Source: an uncultured Chloroflexia bacterium (lineage in GTDB: Bacteria; Chloroflexota; Limnocylindria; Limnocylindrales; CSP1-4). From it: DNA of 64,000 nt. The notes under the pieces are model-generated. The model made no database searches. It was not told the origin of the DNA and saw nothing but the letters and a program-made list of their open reading frames with translations. Made by a program: the position numbers and the translations under genes. Shown in pieces: positions 14,878-25,944 of the stretch (positions are counted from its first letter, which is position 1; the number at the start of each line of letters is the position of its first letter). The stretch spans positions 771,987 through 835,986 of the forward strand of contig CAVZVS010000004.1 in the NCBI GenBank assembly GCA_963778815.1, in the 5' to 3' direction.

Positions 14878-16160
14878 GCACCGGGACCACGCCGGACCCG
14901 GCGGTCGACTCCGGGCTGCTGGCCAGCCTGCGCGGGCTGGACCGCGACGGGCGGCTGCTCTTTGCCACCCGCGTCCTGCGCATGTTCGGCTATGGCTTCC
15001 TGGCCGTCGTCCTCGTCCTGTACCTCATCGCCATCGGGCTCGAACCGATCACCGTCGGGTTCGTCCTGACCTTCACCCTGATCGGCGACACCCTCATCTC
15101 GCTGTGGTTGACGACCAACGCCGACCGGTTCGGGCGGCGGCGGGTCCTCGTCGCCGGTTCGCTCCTGATGGTCGTGGCTGGGGTGGTCTTCGCCCTGACC
15201 AGCTGGGTGCCCCTGCTCATCCTGGCCGGGACGATCGGGGTGCTCAGTCCGACCGGCAACGAGGTCGGGCCGTTCCTGGCCGTCGAGCAGTCGGCGCTGA
15301 GCCAGGCGGTCGGCGACAAGCGTCGAACCGCGACCTTCGCCTGGTACAACGTGGCCGGCTACGTCGCGACCGCGACCGGTGCACTCGGTGCCGGATTGCT
15401 CAGCGGGTCGCTCATCCGTTCGGGCGTGGCGCCCGCGGACGCGTATCGGGCGATCGTCGTGGGCTACGCCCTGGTCGGCCTGGCGATGGCCGTCCTGTTC
15501 GCGGGGGTCGGACCGCGGATCGAAGCGCCGCCGCGCGAGTGGCGCCCGGGCGAGATCCGGCGTCGGCTCGGACTCGGCCGCTCCAAGCGGGTGGTCTTCC
15601 GCCTGTCGGCATTGTTCTCGCTGGACGCATTCGCCGGTGGGTGGGTGCCGCAGAGCCTGATGGCCTACTGGTTCAACCTCCAGTACGGCGTTGAGCCGGG
15701 CGTCCTCGGGCTGATCTTCTTCGGGGCGAACCTGCTGGCAGCCGTGTCGAGCCTATCGGCCGCCCGGTTCGCCGCGCGGTTCGGACTGGTCAACACGATG
15801 GTCTTCAGCCACCTGCCGTCCAACGTCCTGTTGATCCTCGTCCCGCTCATGCCGAACCTGCCCCTGGCGGTCCTGGTCCTGCTGCTCCGCTACAGCCTCA
15901 GCCAGATGGACGTCCCGACCCGCCAGTCGTACGTGATGGCCGTGGTCGATCCCGACGAGCGCTCCGCTGCGGCCGGGGTGACCGGCATCGCCCGAACGAC
16001 CGGGGCCGCTCTGTCACCGGCCCTGTCCGCACCACTGGTCGCCAGCGCTTCCTACGCGGCCGTGCCGTTCTTCGTGGCGGGCGGGCTGAAGATCGTCTAC
16101 GACCTGCTCCTGTATCGGGCCTTCCGCGCGGTCAAGCCACCCGAGGAGAGCGGTCGCTGA
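14874..16160 (+). CDS. MFS transporter
   Basis: 428 aa with about 12 hydrophobic segments. The D-R-F-G-R-R loop motif is present (NADRFGRRRVL). ATGA overlap with the upstream gene. Confidence 0.8.
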   Translation: MSTGTTPDPAVDSGLLASLRGLDRDGRLLFATRVLRMFGYGFLAVVLVLYLIAIGLEPITVGFVLTFTLIGDTLISLWLTTNADRFGRRRVLVAGSLLMVVAGVVFALTSWVPLLILAGTIGVLSPTGNEVGPFLAVEQSALSQAVGDKRRTATFAWYNVAGYVATATGALGAGLLSGSLIRSGVAPADAYRAIVVGYALVGLAMAVLFAGVGPRIEAPPREWRPGEIRRRLGLGRSKRVVFRLSALFSLDAFAGGWVPQSLMAYWFNLQYGVEPGVLGLIFFGANLLAAVSSLSAARFAARFGLVNTMVFSHLPSNVLLILVPLMPNLPLAVLVLLLRYSLSQMDVPTRQSYVMAVVDPDERSAAAGVTGIARTTGAALSPALSAPLVASASYAAVPFFVAGGLKIVYDLLLYRAFRAVKPPEESGR

Positions 16161-16198
16161 GCGAGGTGGGCCTGGCGGATCTCTGAGTCGGCGGCCGC

Positions 16199-16873
16199 TC
16201 AGCCGTTGGCCGGCGGCTCGTCCTTGCGGGGCAGCCCCGGCCGACCCAGGTGGACCCACAGGAACAGCACGACCGCTCCGCCGATGACCGCCGCCACGAG
16301 CAGGTCGAACGGCTGCAGGGCATGCCGGATCTGGGTCCAGTTGGCGCCCAGGACCGTCCCCGCGTAGACGAGCAGCATCGACCAGACGAACGCCCCGGCG
16401 GTCGAATAGATGACGAACTTGGGCAGGTTCATCCGGGCCACGCCGGCCGGGAAGCTGATGAAGGTCCGGACGATCGGCAGCAGCCGGCTGAAGAACGCGG
16501 TCTGGGCGCCCCACCGCTCGAAGAACCGCTCGGCCAGCTCGATGTCGTGGGGCCGGATGAGGATGTACTTGCCGTAGCGTTCGAGGAATGGTCGGCCGCC
16601 CCACGCTCCGATGCCGTAGGCGATCAGCGAGCCGAGGGTATTGCCGAGGGTGGCCACGATCACTACGATCCAGTAGTTCCATGCTCCGCCGGTGATCGGC
16701 TCGATCTTGGTTGCGTCGGAGATCAGGAACCCGGCGAAGGGCAGGATCAGCTCGGATGGGAGCGGGATCATCGCCGACTCGATGGTCATCGCCAGGAAGA
16801 CCCCGAGGTAACCGACCGCTCCGTACAGCTGATCGAGGAACGGGATGACGATCTTGTCGATGAATTCGAGCAC
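16199..16873 (-). CDS. DedA family membrane protein
   Basis: ORF 16199..17521 trimmed to GTG 16873. ...GYLGVFLAMTIESAMIPLPSELILPFAGFL..., RLLPIVRTFISFPAGVARM. Confidence 0.85.
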   Translation of the reverse strand: MLEFIDKIVIPFLDQLYGAVGYLGVFLAMTIESAMIPLPSELILPFAGFLISDATKIEPITGGAWNYWIVVIVATLGNTLGSLIAYGIGAWGGRPFLERYGKYILIRPHDIELAERFFERWGAQTAFFSRLLPIVRTFISFPAGVARMNLPKFVIYSTAGAFVWSMLLVYAGTVLGANWTQIRHALQPFDLLVAAVIGGAVVLFLWVHLGRPGLPRKDEPPANG

Positions 16874-16931
16874 GGGTCGCTCCGGCGTGGACGAGGGACG
16901 GCGGGCAGCATAGCCGACTATCCTCGACGTC

Positions 16932-18511
16932 GTGACCGGTACCGTGGTCCTGACCGGGGCGTCCCTGACCATCGACGACATCGAAGCGGTGGCCCGCCGT
17001 GGCGCCTCGGCCGAGTTGGACCCGGCCGCCCGTGAACGGATCCAGGAGGCGCGCGAGGTCGTCGAGCGACTGGTCGCCGGCGGGGCCGTCGCGTACGGGG
17101 TGACGACCGGGTTCGGCGACCTGGCCAGCGTCACCATCCGGCCCGAGGACACCGGTCGACTCCAGGAGAACCTCCTGATGAGCCACGCCGCCGGGGTCGG
17201 TCCGGCGTTCCCGCAAGAGGTCGTCCGGGCGATGCTCCTGCTCCGGGCGAATACGCTGGCCCTCGGCCACAGCGGCTGCCGACCGCTGGTCGTGGATCGG
17301 CTCCTGGCGTTCCTTGCGGCGGGGATCCATCCGGTCGTGCCCGAGCAGGGGTCCCTCGGCGCGTCCGGTGACCTCGCCCCGCTGGCCCACCTGGCCCTGC
17401 CGCTCATCGGGCGAGGCACGGTCGATGTCGGCGGACGGCGGGTCGCAGCGGCGGTCGCCCTGGTCGAAGCTGGCCTCGAGCCGCTCCGGCTCGAGGCCAA
17501 GGAGGGTCTGGCCCTCCTCAACGGGACTCAGATGATGGGCGCCGTCGGGGCACTCGCCCTGGCCGATGCCGACCGCCTCGCCCGGACCGCCAGCGTCGCC
17601 GCGGCGATGAGTGTCGAAGCGCTGCTCGGGACTGACGTCGCGTTCTCGGCGGCGTACCAACTCGCCCGGCCGCACCCCGGCCAGATCGCGGTGGCGGCCG
17701 AGCTGCGCCATCTGCTCCGGGACTCGACCCTCCAGTTGAGTCACCACGGGCATGCCCACAAAGTCCAGGACCCGTATTCGTTGCGCTGCGTGCCCCAGGT
17801 CCACGGTGCCGTCCGCGATACCCTCGACCACCTCCGCCGGGTCCTCGACATCGAGCTCAACAGCGCGACCGACAACCCGCTCATCTTCCCCGGCGGCGGA
17901 GTGGCTCCAGAGGACGCTGTGGCGACCGGCGGCGGGCTGGTCATCAGCGGCGGCAACTTCCACGGTGAGCCGATCGCGTTCGCCCTGGACTTCGCCAAGA
18001 TCGCCGTGGCCGAGCTCGGCTCGATCTCCGAGCGGCGCACGGCGCTGCTCGTGGATGCCCGTCTGAACGGCGGCCTGCCGGCCTTCCTGGCGGCGTCGTC
18101 CGGAGTCGACTCGGGGATGATGATCTACCACTACACGGCGGCGGCCCTGGTCTCCGAGGACAAGGTCCTGGCCCACCCGGCCTCCGTCGATTTCGATCCC
18201 CGACCAGCGCCAACCAGGAAGACCACGTGTCGATGGGCTCGATCTCCGCCCGCCACACCCGCTCAGTCGTCGCCAATGTCGAGCAGATCGTCGCGATCGA
18301 GCTGCTGGTCGCGGCCCAGGCGCTCGATGCGCGGCTGGCCCTCCTCCCGGGGACGGCGGCCGGCGCCGGGGTCGCCGAGGCCCATCGCAGGATCCGCGCG
18401 GTGGCCGACCATCTCGACGGCGACCGCGAGCCCGGTCCGGACCTGGCGGCCGCATTGACCCTGGTCCGGACGGGCGCACTCGCCGAGCTCGTTGACGAGG
18501 TCTCGTCGTAG
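16932..18511 (+). pseudogene. hutH: histidine ammonia-lyase, reading frame broken near 18191-18203
   Basis: The N-terminal 420 aa or so are in frame 0 (GVTTGFGDLA, MIO triad in GSLGASGDLAPLAH). The conserved ...TSANQEDHVSMGSISARH...ELLVAAQALD continues in another frame (ORF 18227..18511). It is unresolved whether this is a true pseudogene or an assembly error. Confidence 0.85.
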
Positions 18512-18521
18512 ACTCCGGGCC

Positions 18522-19298
18522 GTGGCTGACATCCGGATCATCGACATCGTGGACCAGGCGGGCTTCAAGCGCGTCCCGCCCTGCGCCGATCGCGGTTTCG
18601 ACCATCGCTCGTGCGACTACTGGGAGGATGAGGCACGGGGCTCGAAGGCGGCACGGCTGAGTTGGCTGGAGCCGGGATCCGGGGCGACGGCCGCAACCTC
18701 CGGCCGACCGCGCAATCCGTTCGCCGATCCCGACGGCGATGAGCCGGTGGCCAATCCCTTCGCGCCCGTCCGCGCAGGGGGCTCTGTCGCCAACCCGTTC
18801 CTGACCGGCGACGACGCACCAGCCGCCGAGAACCCGTTCGCCCCGACCCGTCCGAAGCGACCGACGGTGGGTTCCGACGCGCCGCGCAAGCTGGGTCTGC
18901 TCGGCCGAGGACTTGGCGTGTTCGGCAGCTACGCCAAGGTCCTCCTGGTCGATGACGTCTCCGCGGTCTATGCGCAATTCGGGCCGCTGTCTGCCTACCC
19001 CCGAGCCTTGAGCCTGCGCGAGCTGTATCCGCAGCTGCCCGACGCGCCGCTGCCGGCCGTCATCACCTGCATCGCCAGCACGCCGGAGGCTCGCCACGCC
19101 GGGTACGCCCAGCGACTGGTCGAGGCGGTCTGCGCGGACCTGGCGGCTCGAGGCTTCGCGGCAGTCGAGGCGTACCCTGAAGCCGGCACCCGCCCGGATG
19201 CCACCAGCGGCGCGACTCCGGCCTTCTGGCAGACGGTCGGCTTCTCCCTGGCGGTGGACGATGCGCATTACCCGGTCGTCCGCCGAGAGCTCGAGTAG
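18522..19298 (+). CDS. hypothetical protein, possibly GNAT-fold acetyltransferase-like
   Basis: GTG 18522 lies 7 nt after TAGACT, which overlaps the hutH stop. The C-terminal ...GYAQRLVEAVCADLAARGFAAVEAYPE...FWQTVGF is GNAT-like by eye. Weak call. Confidence 0.45.
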   Translation: MADIRIIDIVDQAGFKRVPPCADRGFDHRSCDYWEDEARGSKAARLSWLEPGSGATAATSGRPRNPFADPDGDEPVANPFAPVRAGGSVANPFLTGDDAPAAENPFAPTRPKRPTVGSDAPRKLGLLGRGLGVFGSYAKVLLVDDVSAVYAQFGPLSAYPRALSLRELYPQLPDAPLPAVITCIASTPEARHAGYAQRLVEAVCADLAARGFAAVEAYPEAGTRPDATSGATPAFWQTVGFSLAVDDAHYPVVRRELE

Positions 19299-19316
19299 GA
19301 CCACGAGGAGGTCCCG

Positions 19317-19739
19317 ATGTCGCTGATCCAGGCGCTCGGCAGCGTCAGCAAGGTCCGCGGGGCGCTCATCTTCGTCGAGGACATCGACCGCGAGCTGGTG
19401 TTCTACCGGGACGTCGTGGGGATGCGTCTGCTGTATCGGACGTCGGCCTTCGTCCGCTTCGACGCGACCCAGGGCACCAGTCTGGCCCTGATCGCCGGCG
19501 GCATCGCCAGCGCTGAACCCAAGGACTACCGACGGGGTGGGGTGGTTCCCGAGGTCATCGTCGACAATCTCGAACTCGCCCTCGACCGACTCGAAGCGAG
19601 CGGCGTGCGCCACGAGGAGGTCGTTGCGACGAAATTCGGTCGGTTCTGCTTCTTCTGGGACCCAGAGGGCAATCCGCTCCAGTTCTACGAGTCCGCCTTC
19701 GTCCGCCCGGACGTGGATCCGGATCGGATCCCGGGGTAG
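19317..19739 (+). CDS. VOC (glyoxalase/bleomycin-resistance/dioxygenase) family protein
   Basis: 140 aa. SD GAGGAGG. ...ALIFVEDIDRELVFYRDVVGM... and FCFFWDPEGNPLQFYE are typical VOC ends. Confidence 0.8.
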   Translation: MSLIQALGSVSKVRGALIFVEDIDRELVFYRDVVGMRLLYRTSAFVRFDATQGTSLALIAGGIASAEPKDYRRGGVVPEVIVDNLELALDRLEASGVRHEEVVATKFGRFCFFWDPEGNPLQFYESAFVRPDVDPDRIPG

Positions 19740-19744
19740 GACCG

Positions 19745-20380
19745 ATCCGATCCCTCGCGGTCCTCGTCGCGCTGATCCTGTCCAGCGCGGGGTGCAACGC
19801 GGCGGTCGGCTCGCCGACCCCGTCGCCGGCGATCGCGACGCCCGCACTCCCGAGCCCCGTGCCGTCGGCAGCGGTGGCGACACCGCCGTCCTCGTCCTCG
19901 TCCGAGCCTTCGCCGCTTCCGTCGGTGGTGGCCGGCTCGGTCACGGTCGATCCGAGTCTGCTGGCCATCCTGCCCACGACCATCGCGGGCTTGCCGGTCG
20001 ATGCGATCGCCAAGCCCGCTGGGATCGACGACCCGGTCCTGGCCGAGACGGTCGAGCGGATGGCCCAGTCGTTCGTCATCGACCCGGCCACCGACGACTT
20101 CGCCTACAGCTCTGTCATCGCCCTCCGGCCGGACGTCTACAGCACGCCGTTCTATCGGTCCTGGCGGGACAGCTTCGACCAGGGTGCCTGTTCGCAGTCA
20201 GGTGGCGTGGCCAGTCATGCCGAGACGACGATCGTCGGTCGGAGCGTGTTCATCGGCCGGTGTAATGGCGGGGTCACCACCTATCACCTGTATCTCGAGG
20301 GCAGCAACGAGATCGTGTCGATCTCGGCACTGGGTGAGCACCGCTTCGGCGAGCTGCTCCTGGCAGCGCTGAAGCCCTAG
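19745..20380 (+). CDS. hypothetical lipoprotein, probable non-canonical (ATC) start
   Basis: The first canonical start in frame is GTG 19859. The same frame upstream encodes (I)RSLAVLVALILSSAGC, a signal peptide plus lipobox-like motif. It is preceded by GGGGTAGGA. Confidence 0.5.
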   Translation: MRSLAVLVALILSSAGCNAAVGSPTPSPAIATPALPSPVPSAAVATPPSSSSSEPSPLPSVVAGSVTVDPSLLAILPTTIAGLPVDAIAKPAGIDDPVLAETVERMAQSFVIDPATDDFAYSSVIALRPDVYSTPFYRSWRDSFDQGACSQSGGVASHAETTIVGRSVFIGRCNGGVTTYHLYLEGSNEIVSISALGEHRFGELLLAALKP

Positions 20381-21726
20381 CGGGGATCGCGCTCCGGGCC
20401 CAGACCGCGCAGGCGGAAGGCGTTGGCATGGGCCGGGAAGCCTTCATGGTCGGCCAGGGCGAGGGTCGGTTCGGCCAATCCGGCCAGGGCCTCGGGCGAC
20501 AACCGCGCGGTGGACATCGCGGTCAGGAAGGTCCGCGTCGTGACGCCACCGTTGAGCCGGGCATAGCCGCCGGTCGGCAGTGTCGCGGGGATCCCGATCG
20601 AGTAGCTCGACGCACCGATCGGGGTGTCCTGACCCAGGAGCGCCTCACCGGCGTAGCGCAATCCGGCCAGGGTCGCCTCCGGATCCCGGGTCGCGATCTG
20701 GACGTGCTCGGCGGCGTAGGTGCTGGCGAACTCGACCGCCGCGTCCATCGAATCGACCAGGATCACCCCGCCCAGATCGCCGAAGACCGCCCGGGCCGCC
20801 GTCGCCCGGATCTCCGGCAGGAGGGCGATCTGCTCGACGATGGCCGCCTCGACCGCGGCCGCCACAGCCTCTGAGTCGGTGACCAGGGTTGCCGCCGAGT
20901 CGGCGCCGTGCTCGGCTTCGTTGAGCAGGTCGATGGCCAGCCGCCAGGGGTCCGCGCTGTCGTCGGCGATGAGCAGGCTCTCGGACGGACCGCACAGCAT
21001 CTGGGTCGCGGTGCCATAGCGCTGGGCCAGGACCTGGGCGGCGGTCACGGCCGGCGAGCCCGGGCCGACGATCTTGACGACCCGCGGGATGGTCTCGGTC
21101 CCGAAGGTCAGGGCGGCGATCGCGGCCGGACCATTGGCTCGGAAGACCCGCTCGATCCCGAGCTCGCGAGCGACCGCCAGGGTTGCCGGATCGACCGCGC
21201 CGTCGGGCGATCCCGGCACGGGCGGGACGACCGCCACGATCTCGGGCACGCCGGCCACGACCGCGGGCGTCCCGATCTGGCACAGGACCGACGGGTAGGA
21301 GGCCTTCCCAGTCGGCACGAACAGGCCCACGCTCGGGATCGGCGCGAAGCGCTCGCCGAGGACGAACCCGGCGCGAACCTCGCGCTGCCAGTCCCGCCCG
21401 GTCGCCTCGAGCTGAGCCTCGTTGAAGCGGCGACTGTTGGCGATCGCTTCACGGATACCGGCCAGTACCGACGCCGAAGTGGCGGCGTGTGCCGCATCGA
21501 TCTCGGACGCCGAAACGGCCAGACGATCCGCAGCGAGACGGACCCGGTCGTAGTGCTCGGTGGCGGCCAGGACCGCCGCGTCTCCGCCCTCACGCACGCT
21601 CCTGAAGATCGCCTCGATCCCGGCCATCAGGGTCGGCTCGAAGATCGCCGCGGTCGACCGCGCGAGGAGCCGTTCGCGCTCGGCTTCAGGGAGGTCCGCC
21701 CAGCGGCGAACGGTCAGGATGGCCAT
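20377..21726 (-). CDS. histidinol dehydrogenase family protein (HisD paralogue)
   Basis: ORF 20377..23118 trimmed to ATG 21726 ([21 protein letters not shown]...). 449 aa with HisD-like blocks ([43 protein letters not shown]-like YAAEHVQI). Confidence 0.8.
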   Translation of the reverse strand: MAILTVRRWADLPEAERERLLARSTAAIFEPTLMAGIEAIFRSVREGGDAAVLAATEHYDRVRLAADRLAVSASEIDAAHAATSASVLAGIREAIANSRRFNEAQLEATGRDWQREVRAGFVLGERFAPIPSVGLFVPTGKASYPSVLCQIGTPAVVAGVPEIVAVVPPVPGSPDGAVDPATLAVARELGIERVFRANGPAAIAALTFGTETIPRVVKIVGPGSPAVTAAQVLAQRYGTATQMLCGPSESLLIADDSADPWRLAIDLLNEAEHGADSAATLVTDSEAVAAAVEAAIVEQIALLPEIRATAARAVFGDLGGVILVDSMDAAVEFASTYAAEHVQIATRDPEATLAGLRYAGEALLGQDTPIGASSYSIGIPATLPTGGYARLNGGVTTRTFLTAMSTARLSPEALAGLAEPTLALADHEGFPAHANAFRLRGLGPERDPR

Positions 21727-21777
21727 GGCCCGCCGAGCGTACCCGACGCGGGACCCCGGCGGCGTAGACTCGCGCCC

Positions 21778-23463
<1,686 letters not shown>

Positions 23464-23490
23464 CCCGCCGATCCAGGGGGAGGTCGGCAC

Positions 23491-24822
23491 TCAGTCCAGC
23501 GAGGAGCCCGGGCTGGCCATCTGCGCATCCGCGTCGAGCGGGCCCTCGTTGGGCGCCTCGGAGGTCGGGGTCGGGATCTTCTCGAGCGTGCGCACCGACG
23601 AGAACAGGATGGGCACGAAGGCGAAGCAGCCGAGGACGCCTCCGATGAGGAGGGCGCCCCGAGCGCCGAGCACGGTCGAGGCCAGGATGCCCCCGATGAT
23701 CTGGCCGATCGGGATCGTGCCCCAGACGAGGAACCGCATCGTCGCGTTCATCCGGCCCTGGATCCGCTCGGGGGTGATCGCCTGACGCAGACTGACCTGG
23801 TTGATGTTGTAGATCACGCCGGTCAAGCTGCCCAGGAAGGTCGAAGCGATGAGGATCGGCACGGCCGTCGCCGGCTGAGCGAACGCGGCCAGCAGGGTCG
23901 CCGGACCGGACAGCGCGATCGACCACAGGATCGTCCGTCCGACCCCGATCCGGGCGGCGATCCGTCCCGCCACCAATGCCCCGACCAGGATCCCGACGCT
24001 GCCGATGCCACCGATCAGCCCGACGGTGAACGCACTCAGGTCGAGGATCCGGTAGACGAAGATCGCGAAGGTCGCGAAGGCGATGTTCGAGAACAGGTTG
24101 GACAGGCCGGTGCTCGCCGCGATGTAGCGCAGGTAGGGGTGGCCCAGGACGTAGCGCAGGCCTTCGGCCACCTCGCCGCGGATGCCCGGACGCGGCCCGC
24201 CGTCGCTCGCCGCCGGCTGCTCGCGAGCCGTCTCACGCTTCCGGATCCAGAAGATGAGGCCACCCGAGGCGAGGAAGCTGACGGCATCGATCAGGACTGC
24301 GATGGGCGCCGTTAGCAGCCCGACCATCGCGCCACCGAGCGGTTGGCCGACGATCTGGGCCGCCGAGCCGCTGACCTGGAGCTTGGAGTTGCCCTCGACC
24401 AGGTCGTCGGGCTCGAGGATCGCGGGCAGGAAGGATTGATCGGCGACGTCGAAGAAGACGGTCAACGTGCCGTTGATGAAGCCGACCAGGTAGAGCTGCC
24501 AGATGCTCAGGACGCCCAGCTCGTAGGCGATCGGGATCGACAGCAGGGTGATCGCCCGGCCGAAGTCGCCGACGACCAGGATCAAGCGTCGCGGCAGCCG
24601 ATCGACCCAGGCCCCGGCCGGCAGGGTGAACAGGAGGAAGGGCAGGAACTCGACCGTCCCGAGTAGGGCCACCTGGTAGGCGGGCACGTCCATCAGCAGG
24701 ACGGCGATGAACGGGATCGCCACCAGGCTGACTTGGGTCCCGAACAGCGAGATCGTCGCTGCGGTCCACAGCTTGAGGTAGTCGGGCGATCGGGTCAGCA
24801 GGTTGCGTCGGGCAGCAGCCAA
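23491..24822 (-). CDS. MFS transporter (EntS/DUF894-like)
   Basis: 443 aa. TTG 24822 follows SD GGAGA. It has 12 hydrophobic segments and an N-terminal ...YLKLWTAATISLFGTQ. Confidence 0.8.
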   Translation of the reverse strand: MAAARRNLLTRSPDYLKLWTAATISLFGTQVSLVAIPFIAVLLMDVPAYQVALLGTVEFLPFLLFTLPAGAWVDRLPRRLILVVGDFGRAITLLSIPIAYELGVLSIWQLYLVGFINGTLTVFFDVADQSFLPAILEPDDLVEGNSKLQVSGSAAQIVGQPLGGAMVGLLTAPIAVLIDAVSFLASGGLIFWIRKRETAREQPAASDGGPRPGIRGEVAEGLRYVLGHPYLRYIAASTGLSNLFSNIAFATFAIFVYRILDLSAFTVGLIGGIGSVGILVGALVAGRIAARIGVGRTILWSIALSGPATLLAAFAQPATAVPILIASTFLGSLTGVIYNINQVSLRQAITPERIQGRMNATMRFLVWGTIPIGQIIGGILASTVLGARGALLIGGVLGCFAFVPILFSSVRTLEKIPTPTSEAPNEGPLDADAQMASPGSSLD

Positions 24823-24851
24823 GGCGAGTCTCCGACGGCGGTTGGGATGTT

Positions 24852-24879
24852 AGTCTATCGTCTAACACCGGTTAGTCAA
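24852..24879 (-). promoter_or_regulatory. candidate promoter TTGACT-N16-TAGACT for the MFS gene, overlapped by GTTAG half-site repeats
   Basis: The minus strand has TTGACT (24879-24874) and TAGACT (24857-24852). The plus strand has GTTAGTC at 24849 and 24871, and CTAAC at 24862. Confidence 0.4.
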
Positions 24880-24965
24880 GACGTGATCGGAGCGATCGAC
24901 GAGGAGCGACCCGCTGCCGTCGGTCCGGTCCGTTTGCGGGGACGCCGACCTGTCACGATAGGCCC

Positions 24966-25944
24966 GTGGACCGGCTTGTCGAATCCGTCCCGAACTTCAG
25001 CGAAGGCCGACGCCTGGACGTGGTCGACCGGCTGGCAGCGGCGGTCTCGACGACACCCGAGGTCCATCTCCTCGACCGGACCAGCGACGCCAGTCACAAC
25101 CGTACCGTGCTGACTTTGGCCGGCGGCTCCGAGTCGGTCCTGATCGCCCTCGAGGCGGCCGTGGCCGTCGCCGTCGAGACCATCGACATGACGGTGCAGC
25201 GCGGCGAGCATCCCCGGATCGGCGCCGTCGACGTCGTCCCCTTCGTTCCTCTCGGCGACACGACCATGGACGAATGCGTGGATCTGGCCCGGAGATTCGG
25301 CGCCCGGGTCGCCGACCGGTTCGGGATCCCCGTCTATCTCTACGCCCGCGCGGCCACCAGACCCGACCGGGAGAAGCTGGCCGACGTCCGACGCGGCCAG
25401 GTCGAGAGGCTCCGGGATGACATCGTCACGGACCCGGACCGGCGTCCGGACTTCGGCCCGGGCCGACTCCATGAGCGGGCAGGCGCCATGGCCGTCGGCG
25501 CACGACCCTTCCTCATCGCCTACAACATCAACCTGGCCTCGACCGATCTCGAGCTGGCCAAGCGGATCGCCCGGACGATCCGCGAATCGGGTGGCGGTCT
25601 GGCCCGGGTCCAGGCCAACGGCTTCCGGCTGGACGACCCCGACTGCGCCCAGGTCTCGATGAACCTGCTCGACTTTTCGGTGACGCCCCTCTGGCGGGTC
25701 TGGGAGGCGGTCGAAGCCGAGGCCCATGCGGCCGGTGTCGAGCTCGCTGAGTCCGAGCTGATCGGACTCGCTCCGACGGCCGCCTTCCTCGCGGTCGCCG
25801 ACCACGTCGGGGCAGCCTGCCGACGCTCCGGTCACCGACCGTCTTGAGGCTGCCGCCGCGTTCCTTCGGCTGCCCGACTTCTCGCCGCTCCAGGCACTCG
25901 AGTTGCGCCTTGCAGCGGCCCAGGCCGGGACCGGACCCTCGTGA
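24966..25944 (+). pseudogene. glutamate formimidoyltransferase (FTCD N-terminal-domain type), frame broken near 25809-25812
   Basis: VDRLVESVPNFSEGRRLDVV... is a typical N-terminus. The frame-0 ORF stops at 25847. The +1 frame continues ...EAAAAFLRLPDFSPLQALELRL and ends at TGA 25942-25944, overlapping the hutI GTG (GTGA coupling). Removing one G from the GGGG run restores a single ORF. Confidence 0.75.

Noticed and set aside
16014-19883. 1289-aa ORF on the minus strand, the largest in the track.
   Set aside because: It runs antisense to clearly recognisable genes (DedA, hutH, VOC). Its translation is Arg/Pro/Gly-rich low-complexity with no motifs. This is a typical high-GC antisense ORF artefact.
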